A stretch of DNA of 64,000 nucleotides from Eledone cirrhosa. Taxonomy: Eukaryota. Position numbers and translations under genes: made by a program. The stretch's first letter is position 1. Each line of letters opens with the position of its first letter. The notes under the pieces were generated by a model that did not search any database, had not been told where the DNA came from, and worked only from the letters and a program-made list of their open reading frames with translations. Positions 51,657 through 64,000 of this stretch are shown one piece after another. The stretch is from NCBI GenBank assembly GCA_964016885.1, contig OZ024743.1, positions 371,132,001-371,196,000 on the forward strand. Reading direction: 5' to 3'.

Positions 51657-54600
51657 ATTATCTCCCAATACTGGTCCACAGCACACATTACCTCCCTATA
51701 CTGGTCCACAACACACATTACCTCCCAATACTGGTCCACAACACACATTACCTCCCAATACTGGTCCACAACACACATTACCTCCCAATACTGGTCCACA
51801 GCACACATTACCTCCCAATACTGGTCCACAACACACATTACCTCCCAATACTGGTCCACAGCACACATTATCTCCCAATACTGGTCCACAACACACATTA
51901 CCTCCCTATACTGGTCCACAACACACATTACCTCCCTATACTGGTCCACAGCACACATTACCTCCCAATACTGGTCCACAACACACATTACCTCCCTATA
52001 CTGGTCCACAGCACACATTACCTCCCTATACTGGTCCACAGCACACATTATCTCCCTATACTGGTCCACAACACGTATTACCTCCCTATACTGGTCCACA
52101 ACACGTATTACCTCCCTATACTGGTCCACAACACACATTACCTCCCAATACTGGTCCACAACATACGTTACCTCCCTATACTGGTCCACAACACGTATTA
52201 CCTCCCTATACTGGTCCACAACACACATTACCTCCCAATACTGGTCCACAACACATGTTACCTCCCAATACTGGTCCACAACACACATTACCTCCCTATA
52301 CTGGTCCACAACACACATTACCTCCCTATACTGGTCCACAACACACATTACCTCCCAATAGTGGTCCACAACATACGTTACCTCCCAATACTGGTCCACA
52401 GCACACATTACCTCCCTATACTGGTCCACAACACACATTACCTCCCAATACTGGTCCACAACACACGTTACCTCCCAATACTGGTCCACAACACACATTA
52501 CCTCCCTATACTGGTCCACAACATACGTTACCTCCCAATACTGGTCCACAGCACACATTACCTCCCTATACTGGTCCACAACACACATTACCTCCCAATA
52601 TTGGTCCACAACATACGTTACCTCCCAATACTGGTCCACAGCACACATTACCTCCCTATACTGGTCCACAACACACATTACCTCCCAATACTGGTCCACA
52701 ACATACGTTACCTCCCAATACTGGTCCACAGCACACATTACCTCCCAATACTGGTCCACAGCACACATTACCTCCCAATGCTGGTCCACAACACACATTA
52801 CCTCCCTATACTGGTCCACAACACACATTACCTCCCTATACTGGTCCACAACACACATTACCTCCCAATACTGGTCCACAACACACATTACCTCCCAATA
52901 CTGGTCCACAGCACACATTACCTCCCTATACTGGTCCACAACACACATTCCCTCCCAATACTGGTCCCTATACTGGTCCACAACACACATTACCTCCCAA
53001 TACTAGTCCACAGCACACATTACCTCCCAATGCTGGTCCACAACACACGTTACCTCCCAATACTGGTCCACAACACACATTACCTCCCAATACTGGTCCA
53101 CAACATATGTTACCTCCCAATACTGGTCCACAACACACATTACCTCCCAATACTAGTCCACAGCACACATTACCTCCCAATGCTGGTCCACAACACACAT
53201 TACCTCCCAATACTGGTCCACAACACACATTACCTCCCTATACTGGTCCACAGCACACATTATCTCCCAATACTGGTCCACAACACACATTACCTCCCAA
53301 TGCTGGTCCACAGCACACATTACCTCCCAATGCTGGTCCACAACACACGTTACCTCCCTATACTGGTCCACATCACACATTACCTCCCTATACTGGTCCA
53401 CAACACACGTTACCTCCCAATACTGGTCCACAACACACATTACCTCCCAATACTGGTCCACAACATACGTTACCTCCCAATACTGGTCCACAACACACAT
53501 TACCTCCCAATACTAGTCCACAGCACACATTACCTCCCAATGCTGGTCCACAACACACATTACCTCCCAATACTGGTCCACAACACACATTACCTCCCTA
53601 TACTGGTCCACAGCACACATTACCTCCCTATACTGGTCCACAGCACACATTATCTCCCAATACTGATCCACAACACGTATTACCTCCCTATACTGGTCCA
53701 CAACACACATTACCTCCCTATACTGGTCCACAGCACACATTACCTCCCTATACTGGTCCACAGCACACATTACCTCCCAATACTGGTCCACAACACACGT
53801 TACCTCCCTATACTGGTCCACAACACACATTACCTCCCTATACTGGTCCACAACACACATTCCCTCCCAATACTGGTCCCTATACTGGTCCACAACACAC
53901 ATTACCTCCCAATACTGGTCCACAACACACATTACCTCCCAATACTGGTCCACAACACACATTACCTCCCAATACTGGTCCACAACACACATTACCTCCC
54001 AATACTGGTCCACAGCACACATTACCTCCCAATACTGGTCCACAACACACATTACCTCCCAATACTGGTCCACAGCACACATTATCTCCCAATACTGGTC
54101 CACAACACACATTACCTCCCTATACTGGTCCACAACACACATTACCTCCCTATACTGGTCCACAGCACACATTACCTCCCAATACTGGTCCACAACACAC
54201 ATTACCTCCCTATACTGGTCCACAGCACACATTACCTCCCTATACTGGTCCACAGCACACATTACCTCCCTATACTGGTCCACAACACGTATTACCTCCC
54301 TATACTGGTCCACAACACGTATTACCTCCCTATACTGGTCCACAACACACGTTACCTCCCAATACTGGTCCACAACATACGTTACCTCCCTATACTGGTC
54401 CACAACACGTATTACCTCCCTATACTGGTCCACAACACACATTACCTCCCAATACTGGTCCACAACACATGTTACCTCCCAATACTGGTCCACAACACAC
54501 ATTACCTCCCTATACTGGTCCACAACACACATTACCTCCCTATACTGGTCCACAACACACATTACCTCCCAATACTGGTCCACAACATACGTTACCTCCC

Positions 54601-56392
54601 AATACTGGTCCACAGCACACATTACCTCCCTATACTGGTCCACAACACACATTACCTCCCAATACTGGTCCACAACACACGTTACCTCCCAATACTGGTC
54701 CACAACACACATTACCTCCCTATACTGGTCCACAACATACGTTACCTCCCAATACTGGTCCACAGCACACATTACCTCCCTATACTGGTCCACAACACAC
54801 ATTACCTCCCAATATTGGTCCACAACATACGTTACCTCCCAATACTGGTCCACAGCACACATTACCTCCCTATACTGGTCCACAACACACATTACCTCCC
54901 AATACTGGTCCACAACATACGTTACCTCCCAATACTGGTCCACAGCACACATTACCTCCCAATACTGGTCCACAGCACACATTACCTCCCAATGCTGGTC
55001 CACAACACACATTACCTCCCTATACTGGTCCACAACACACATTACCTCCCTATACTGGTCCACAACACACATTACCTCCCAATACTGGTCCACAACACAC
55101 ATTACCTCCCAATACTGGTCCACAACACACATTACCTCCCTATACTGGTCCACAACACACATTACCTCCCAATACTGGTCCACAGCACACATTACCTCCC
55201 TATACTGGTCCACAACACACATTCCCTCCCAATACTGGTCCCTATACTGGTCCACAACACACATTACCTCCCAATACTAGTCCACAGCACACATTACCTC
55301 CCAATGCTGGTCCACAACACACGTTACCTCCCAATACTGGTCCACAACACACATTACCTCCCAATACTGGTCCACAACATATGTTACCTCCCAATACTGG
55401 TCCACAACACACATTACCTCCCAATACTAGTCCACAGCACACATTACCTCCCAATGCTGGTCCACAACACACATTACCTCCCAATACTGGTCCACAACAC
55501 ACATTACCTCCCTATACTGGTCCACAGCACACATTATCTCCCAATACTGGTCCACAACACACATTACCTCCCAATGCTGGTCCACAGCACACATTACCTC
55601 CCAATGCTGGTCCACAACACACGTTACCTCCCTATACTGGTCCACATCACACATTACCTCCCTATACTGGTCCACAACACACGTTACCTCCCAATACTGG
55701 TCCACAACACACATTACCTCCCAATACTGGTCCACAACATACGTTACCTCCCAATACTGGTCCACAACACACATTACCTCCCAATACTAGTCCACAGCAC
55801 ACATTACCTCCCAATGCTGGTCCACAACACACATTACCTCCCAATACTGGTCCACAACACACATTACCTCCCTATACTGGTCCACAGCACACATTACCTC
55901 CCTATACTGGTCCACAGCACACATTATCTCCCAATACTGATCCACAACACGTATTACCTCCCTATACTGGTCCACAACACACATTACCTCCCTATACTGG
56001 TCCACAGCACACATTACCTCCCTATACTGGTCCACAGCACACATTACCTCCCAATACTGGTCCACAACACACGTTACCTCCCTATACTGGTCCACAACAC
56101 ACATTACCTCCCTATACTGGTCCACAACACACATTCCCTCCCAATACTGGTCCCTATACTGGTCCACAACACACATTACCTCCCAATACTGGTCCACAAC
56201 ACACATTACCTCCCAATACTGGTCCACAACACACATTACCTCCCAATACTGGTCCACAACACACATTACCTCCCAATACTGGTCCACAACACACATTACC
56301 TCCCAATACTGGTCCACAGCACGCATTACCTCCCAATACTGGTCCACAACATACGTTACCTCCCAATACTGGTCCACAGCACACATTACCTC
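51657..56392. repeat. 30-bp minisatellite (~158 units, CCTCCC[A/T]ATACTGGTCCACA[A/G]CACACATTA) with ~2.2-2.3-kb higher-order duplication
   Basis: Directly visible; variant patterns recur at offsets of 2214 and 2274 bp. Confidence 0.97.
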
Positions 56393-57334
56393 CTGATGCT
56401 AAAGCATTGGATTATTTCTTTTTTTTTTGCCTCAGACTTTCTTTGAAATTGTGGCAATATAGACAAATCGAGAAAAACTGCTAACGGTTATCAAATTGAA
56501 ACCTCTTTTATGTGTTCCTTTTGAAAAGTGCATTTTGTAAAGGGTGTTTTGACCAATTCCATGACAAAAATATTGTCTTACAATATTGAAACAAAATATT
56601 TTTTTTTAAATATTGGAATACATTATATGCGAAAACACCTGCATTCACCTGTTTCACACTTACATATTGGGCACATTCTGTTATGTAAATCTACCCAGTA
56701 CATTGTATAAGAGTACATTATTTTGACTGGTAAAAGGGTTATATACTTTTTTTTTTTTTTTTTTTTCAATAAAAATATTTGACTAAACCTTGTACTTATT
56801 ATACCTGCATTTTGAATTAATTCACCTGTTCGGAAAAGGGCTAAAATTGTTGGAAGTCAACATCTAGGTCATTGTTGGATAATTTTTATAACAAACCTAA
56901 CAGGTAAGGCACATAAGTTTAATTGTTTGTGTTTATCCATAAAGTTATTACTTTTGCACCTGTTAATTAATTTCACCTGCCCATAAAAGTCAAATCTAAC
57001 AAAAAAAAGATTAGATAAAAATAGATAATTGTAAATTATTGATATTCAAATTAACAAAATTACCAACAAATATAGTTGATAACCCTTTTAAGTATAATTA
57101 ACTTAAAATAATGTAAATATATAAATATGACATTTCACACAAGTAATGTAAATGCTAACGAGTTAAATTAAGGAGGAACTCTTTAAAACAGGAGAATTTT
57201 ATAGATCTAGACTGGTAATCTATATATCCATCATGAAAGGATGAAAGACAATGTTGTACTCAGAGCTCAGAGAGCTGGGAGAAGTTATGGCGCTCAAACA
57301 ACTCTGCCAGTTTGACATTATCATTTATATATAT

Positions 57335-59463
57335 ATATCATCATCATCATTTCCATTTAGCATCAATTCTTCCCTGCTTTCATGGGTTAGATGGGTCATC
57401 CATGCCGGGAGGCAAGTCTGGCCATGTCGTACCTTGCTCCAGCGATGACTATAAATTTGGCTGGGTATTTTACAGCTGGATGCCCTTCCTAACACCAACC
57501 ACATTTACAGTGTGGGGCTGGATGGCTCTGTCATGAGGAGGGACAGGCAAGATGGCCACACTGTACCCGTCTCACAACGGAACCACAGTTTTGGATCCTG
57601 ACCCATCTCACAGCAGAACCATAGTTTAGGAGCCCGGCATCGGAAGGCACCGATACGAGGAGCGTGACCCATCTCACAGCATAGCATAGTTTTATGGCCA
57701 GTAATGGATGAGGAGGGACAGCTGCGGGGTCACAGTTTAGGAGCCTGTTGTTGTATGGCACCGCTATGCGAAGAGGCCAGTTGGGACCCAGTACTGGATG
57801 GCACTGATACGAGGAGCCTTATCCATCTCACAGCATAGCCGTAGGTTTGTGCCCCAGTATCGGAGGGACAGGCCACGCTGAACCCATCTCATAACGTAAC
57901 CATAGTTGAGGATCCCGATACTGGATGACACCGCTATGATGGGGGATAGGTGCTGAACCACAGTACGGGAGCCCTGCTCACAGCAGAAACACAGTTTCTG
58001 GAGCTTGGCACTGGGTCACACCACTCTGAGGAGGGACAGGCCAGTTGGCTGCGCCAAACCCTACTCATAACAATACCTGAGTTTTGGAGCCAGGCTCTCT
58101 CCACGCAATGAACCCTTCTCAATACAGAATCACCTTTTGGAAGCCTGGGACTGGATGGCTCCACTATGTGTAGGGACAGGCCAGTAGGCTACACCAGACC
58201 CTTCACACAGTTGACCCAGTTCATGTTCGGAGCCCGGCACTGGGTGACACTCGCACTCTTCACAAGATCACATTCACTTCTGGAACCCCAGACTGAATGG
58301 TCGATGGCAGGTCCACGAGTGTTTCATCGCGACGCGATGAAACACTCGTGGACCTGCCATCGACCTTGTTTGCGGTGTGTGGCTGGGTGCTGCCATTTTG
58401 ATCCGAGTCCAATGCTGAATTGTTGGAACGGGTTTTTTGTTGAACGTTTTTTGTTGAACTCGGTCCTGTGTCATCCCCATTTGGAGATTTAGTTGAGTCA
58501 GGTCCGCCCTTATTGTTTCATCCCACGTCTTCCTTGGTCTTCCTCTTTAAGCATCTGTGATCCTTCATGTGCATCACATGCCCATACCACCACAGTCTTT
58601 TCTCTTGCATACAGCATTTGATCCCTCTTATACCTAGTTTCACTCTTAATATATTTACACTTTTGTTACACATCCATCTGACCATATATGCTTCGACTCT
58701 TTCCAGCCTCCGTAAGTCCTCAACATGCAGAGCCTATGTTTCGCTGCCATGTAGCATTGCTGTGCGCATGCAGGCATCATACAGCTTACCTTTTATCTTA
58801 AGTGAGAAACCCTTTGTAGTTAACAGCGGCAGCAGCTCCCTGAACTTTTTCCAACCCATTCTTACTTTCGTGACTGTGCTTTCTGCACAGCCACCTCCGC
58901 AGCTGATTTGGTTCCTCAGATAGCAGAAGCTATCAACGATTTCTATGGAGTCTTCTGTGCATTTGAAGCGGCATGCTATTTGAGAGTATTTGCCTACCAT
59001 CCCTATGCAGGTAGCACTTATGAAGTCCATGTTTTTCGCTAGTCTGCCTGTTTTTCCACTACATCTCTTGTGTACCCACTGTCTGCATTTGGTGCACTGG
59101 ATATAGTTTCGGCCTACCCCTTTCCTGCATACCTAGCAGGGCCATTTCCCGAAGGGTATCAGAGCTCTGTTTCCTCTAGTGCTCACAAGGATTTTGGTCT
59201 TGGACAGATTGGCCTTTTGTTTCCAAGTTGTTTTTCCATGTCTGAAAATTCTTCTCTAACTCTGTCATGGACTCGGCTATGAGAGTAAGGTCGTCCACGT
59301 ATAGACATGTTAAATTGGCAGATCTTAACTGGCAGCCAATCTTAAATTCCTCCGTTATAGCCTGTAGGACAATAATGAAGAGGAGGAGCTAAGAACGGAA
59401 CCCTGGTGAACCCTCACCTGTACGCTGAATTCCTCACTGTATTCCTCACTGAATTCCTCACTG
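57335..59463 (-). mobile_element. Degenerate RTE LINE with a long repetitive 3' UTR
   Basis: ORFs 58734-59030 and 59355-59558 ([25 protein letters not shown]); (GAT)n tail at ~57335-57350. Confidence 0.8.
58299..58365. repeat. Perfect 33-bp-arm palindrome with a 1-nt spacer
   Basis: GGTCGATGGCAGGTCCACGAGTGTTTCATCGCG-A-CGCGATGAAACACTCGTGGACCTGCCATCGACC. Confidence 0.95.
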
Positions 59464-61350
59464 TAAGTAAGGCAATCAGAGATATGAAGATAGGGAAGGC
59501 AACCGGTCCATCGGGTATAGCTGCCGAGATGCTGAAGGCATCTGGGTCTGTAGGTCACACTATAACCACACGTATCGTTAACCAGGTAATACTAGAGGGG
59601 GCCATACCAAAAGATTGGTGCAGTAGCATCATTGTCAACTGCTACAAAGGTAAAGGCGATGCACTAGATAGAGGAAACTATAGAGGTATAAAGTTGATGG
59701 ACCAGGTCATGAAAGTAACAGAAAGAGTTATAGCACAGCTGATTAGGGACCGGGTGAATATAGACGAGATGCAATTTGGGTTTGTACCAGGGAAAGGCAC
59801 CACTGATGCCCTCTTCCTTGTGAGGCAATTACAGGAAAAGTACCTAGCTAAAAGTAAGCCACTCTACTTGGCATTTGTCGACCTTGAGAAAGCCTTTGAC
59901 AGAGTTCCACGTGCAGTAATCTGGTGGGCTCTTAGAAAACTAGGAGTAGATGAATGGCTTGTGAAAGTGGTACAAGCCATGTATAGGGGAGCAGTCAGCA
60001 AAGTTAGGATTGGCAATGAGTATAGCGAGGAATTTAGCGTACAGGTTGGGGTCCACCAGGGCTCTGTTCTTAGCCCTCTCCTGTTCATCATAGTCCTGCA
60101 GGCAATAACGGAGGAGTTTAAGACCGGATGCCCATGGGAACTCCTGTATGCTGATGACCTCGCACTCATAGCTGAATCTATGGTAGAACTAGAGAATAAA
60201 TTCCAAACCTGGAAGCAGGGACTAGAGAGAAAGGGCCTCAAAGTCAACATGACAAAGACTAAGGTCCTTATAAGTAGACGAGAAAACAGAACCCAGATCC
60301 CCTCAGGGAAATGGCCTTGCTCAGTATGTAGGAAAGGTGTAGGTAGGAACTCCATTCTCTGCCCCAAATGCAAACAATGGGTACACAAGAGATGTAGCGG
60401 GATCTCAGGAAGCTTAATTAAGAATGTAGGATTCACATGCAGCAGCTGTGCTGAAACAGCAAGCAAACAGCCACAGGAAACAAGTACCACCAATCTCTGG
60501 GAGGGCCCTGTAGAAACAGTAGACAGCTTCTGCTACCTAGGTGACCGAATTAGCAACGGAGGTGGGTGCTCAGAAAGTACAATAACTAGGGTAAGAACGG
60601 GATGGAAGAAGTTTAGGGAACTACTACCACTGCTAGCTGCAAAAGGCTTCTCCCTCAGAATGAAAGGCAGACTGTATGATGCGTGTATCCGAACAGCGAT
60701 GTTGCATGGTAGTGAGACCTGGGCGCTGAAGGTGGAAGACTTACGTAGATTAGAGAGAAACGAAGCCTGCATGCTCCGATGGATGTGTAACAGTAATATA
60801 CGTGAACGACAAAGCATAAAGGAATTGAGAGAGAGACTGAGCATAAGAGGAATCAAATGCTGTGTGCAGGAGAGGCGGTTATGCTGGTATGGACATGTGA
60901 TGCGTATGAAGGATGACAGCTGCATAAAAAGGTGCAGAGCACTAGAAGTTGATGGAAACCGCGGAGTGGGGAGACCCAAGATGACTTGGGATGAGGTGAT
61001 AAAAGCCGACCTTACCCAACTACACCTCTCAAAGTCAATGACACACGACCGTGACTTCTGGCGTCACGCAGTAATACAGGGTACCCGACCTCCCATGGGT
61101 ACATGCTGAAGCATATAAACAATATGCCCCCCCCCCCTCCGCAAGGTGGACGTGTAGGCGCCACGAAAAAGCACCCAGCACTCACTGTAAATGAGGTTGG
61201 TGTTAGGAAGGGCATCCAGCTGTAGAAATCAAGCCAGATCAGTTCCTGTATGAGCAAGGCATGGTCAGCCGACCAGACACTGCCCACAACAGGACAACCC
61301 GTCTAACCCATGCTAGCGTGGAAGAACGGACGTAAAACGGTGATGATGAT
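59464..61350 (+). mobile_element. RTE (BovB-like) LINE, 5'-truncated, RT frame open (59406-61109)
   Basis: 567-codon ORF with complete RT (YADD), Cys-rich finger and C-terminus; 3' UTR and (GAT)n tail. Confidence 0.94.
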
Positions 61351-62700
61351 TCATTGTTGATTTTAACTTTGCTGGTGGCCTCTTTGTACATGGCTTGTAT
61401 TGCTCTTAGGAGCCACTCATCCACACCTTGCTTTCTGAGCCCCTACCCCCAATCATATTATGGGTTGAGGGACTCTGTCAAAAGCTTTCTCTAGGTCTAC
61501 AAATGCAAGGTAGAGCAGTTTCCTTTTAACCAGGTACTTCTCCTGCACTTGTCTCACAAGGAAGAGAACATCAGTGATGCCTTTACCCAACACATATCCA
61601 AACTATATCTCATCTAGGTCTATACGATCTCTTATCAGTTGTGCTATGACTCTTTCTGTAACTTCTATGACCTGGTCAGTCAGCTTTATGCCTCTGTAGT
61701 TACTTCTCTCTGGAGCATCTTATTTACCCTTGTAGCAATTGATGATGCTGCTGTTATTCCAATCTCTGGGAATGACACCATTTTGTATTACTTGGTTTAC
61801 AATAAGGGGGGTTAGGGTGTGTCCAACCATCCCTGATGCTTTCAAAATCTCAGCAATTACTCCTGATGGCCCAGCTGCTTTACCTGTCTTCATGCTCATA
61901 ATTGCCTTACTTACTAAGTTGCTACTTACGTATAGAGCTGGACGTTCTGTTGAGTGCACTTTGGGCAGGTTGTATACCTCCCAAGCATTTTCTTCGTTCA
62001 TCAGCCTCATATAGTGGCATTTCCAGGCAGCTTTCTTTTCGGTGTCAGTGAGAGCAAATGAGCCATTGTTGTTTCAAATTCATTTCTCCCAAAGAACATC
62101 TCTGCCTTCCTTGACACATTGCCTTGCAACCTTGAACACTTCGCACTTTTGGTCTTCACATATTAATACTTGTTTAAACTTTTCATTGCTGCCTCCGTTT
62201 TTCCATTTTTTCATGCCTGTCTTTTGGCTTTAATTGCTAAATCCACCTCGTTATTCCACCAGCAGGTGGTTCTACTGTTCCTTCCTGAGGCCTTGCTCCA
62301 CCTACAGATCACATTTGTTGCTTTTAGTAGATTGTCTCTCAGGAACCCCTACTGCTCCTCTATATCATATGCCTCCATTTCTTCTTCCTTGCCATCAAAG
62401 GCATCAAGTAGGAGTCTCCTGAATTTGTTATGAGCTTGGCGCCCCTTCAGCTTCCATATCCTTCTCCAGGGTGTTTTCTGACTCTAAAGACGCCTCCAAG
62501 CCCAGACCCGTTACCTTTCCCAAAGAACTTGAAGCGTTATTTTCTGCCTACTAGGAGTCTGGTTGATTCTCCTCTCCACCTGGTCTCTTGTATACAACAC
62601 ACTTGACCTACCTTTCAGCATCCCTAAGTTGATGGTTGCCACTCTGAAGTCACGAGTGGGGCATACAGCTTTGAAGGTGGTGGGTGACATCTTTATGCCA
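61351..62700 (-). mobile_element. Old RTE 5'/middle fragment
   Basis: ORF 61720-62010 (GKAAGPSG..NCYKGK) and 61239-61424; endonuclease N-terminal remnant near 62570-62660. Confidence 0.78.
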
Positions 62701-63128
62701 GTTATCTGTGCTCAGTTTGGCATTTGTATCATGACCTTGTTCGTTATTGATATTACTTGCTGGTCAACGCTATTTGCATGTGTTAGTGGTTGCTAAATTA
62801 ACTATAGGGTTATTTTGTGGGAGGGGGTTGTAAGGATTAGAAGATGATTGCTTCCATGGATGTGGAGGTGTGTGCATGATGTGGTTAGGTTTATATGGCC
62901 GTCTTGAGACGTTTTTATGGCTATAGACTACACGTGTTATGATTAAAATATTGTAAATAACTATTTACTTAAACAATATGACAAAATAAACATACAAAAA
63001 TAATTAATGACAAAATAAATAAATATGTATGTATTATGTTACAATGTTAAAATAATTTGTATTTTTTAAGGAAATCAAAAGATTGTTTGTTTCTTTTTTA
63101 AAAGTTAGAGATTCTTGCTTACTATGTA

Positions 63129-63182
<54 letters not shown>

Positions 63183-63225
63183 GAGGTTATATTTAATTTG
63201 TTGGGATTCAACAAGCTTAAAAATG

Positions 63226-63259
<34 letters not shown>

Positions 63260-63563
63260 TATATCACCCTACCATCTCCACCTTTTGACTTGACCACTTC
63301 CTGTTGCGCGTGCCCCACAACTTTCTACTTCCTCCTCACCATTTCCACGGAACCTACCTAGAGTTTACACGCTCGGATATCTACAAGATTACTGCCTGGA
63401 TTTGCGGCATCATTCTACACACACACCGGAAAACCATTCTGGAACATAAACACACATAAATACTTACACCATTTTCGCACACACACACGTGTGTATCTTC
63501 ACATACACCCACTCCGCCTCCAGATTCCACACGCTCTACCTCACCCCGTCGACCGCTCTCCAT

Positions 63564-63602
<39 letters not shown>

Positions 63603-63934
63603 GACTTGCACTCCACCCCAACGTACAAAATGGTTTTCCAAAACCCAAGCCTGCAACCCTGCTCTCCCCCAGACTCTCACACTTACATCCACGCATACAC
63701 ACACACACCCCTCACCTTCCACCCTCCCCGCTCAGACTTCTTTTTCCTTCCAACCCTCTCTCTCTCTCCCTCCATCCACCCCTCACGCACCACAACCTCT
63801 ACACGCCTCACATCTTTTCACCACTTGTTTTTAACTTTTATTTTCCAACTCGTGTTTCATTTTTATTTTTATTTTTTCCACTAACTCCCTCCTCACTCCC
63901 TCTCGGAGTTCCTTCTTCTTCTCCTTCCCACCAC

Positions 63935-63970
63935 TCTCCTGATGAAGGGCTTATACCCGAAACGTCGTAC
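63935..63970 (+). ncRNA. Hammerhead-like motif at the end of a probable Penelope pLTR (63265-64000)
   Basis: CTGATGA-AGGG cttata CCC-GAAAC-GTC: canonical core and stem II; stems I and III are minimal or poor. Confidence 0.6.
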
Positions 63971-64000
63971 CCATATCCCCCACTCTCACTAAGCGTGAAC

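Noticed and set aside
51657-56392. CRISPR-like array
   Set aside because: Contiguous 30-bp units with no unique spacers, no cas genes, and a eukaryotic context.
59864-60979. Long antisense ORFs over RTE copies (also 15372-16314 and 7798-8523)
   Set aside because: Shadow frames of the RT coding strand with no independent domain signal.

Overview
Eukaryotic, animal-type, very repeat-rich DNA. The mix of (TA)n microsatellites, RTE LINEs with (GAT)n tails, tRNA-derived SINEs and Penelope remnants suggests a cephalopod or other mollusc (inference, not established). The only host gene I can support is nucleoporin Nup58/p45: ten phase-consistent GT-AG exons on the + strand at 36136-48568, with the first and last exons not found. 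The rest is mobile DNA: many RTE LINE copies (one with an unbroken APE+RT ORF at 17048-20167), two CR1/L2-group LINEs, a CRE-clade element, several Penelope-like fragments, two Tc1/mariner relics, TTAA-bounded MITEs, SINEs, and a 4.7-kb 30-bp minisatellite with higher-order structure. The main unannotated layer is about a dozen type I hammerhead-ribozyme-like folds. They sit in inverted pseudo-LTRs and near short '1.2-mer' direct-repeat units (one with a tRNA-like Pol III head) inserted in (TA)n tracts, which suggests a Penelope/retrozyme-like system. All structures were read by eye and are untested.
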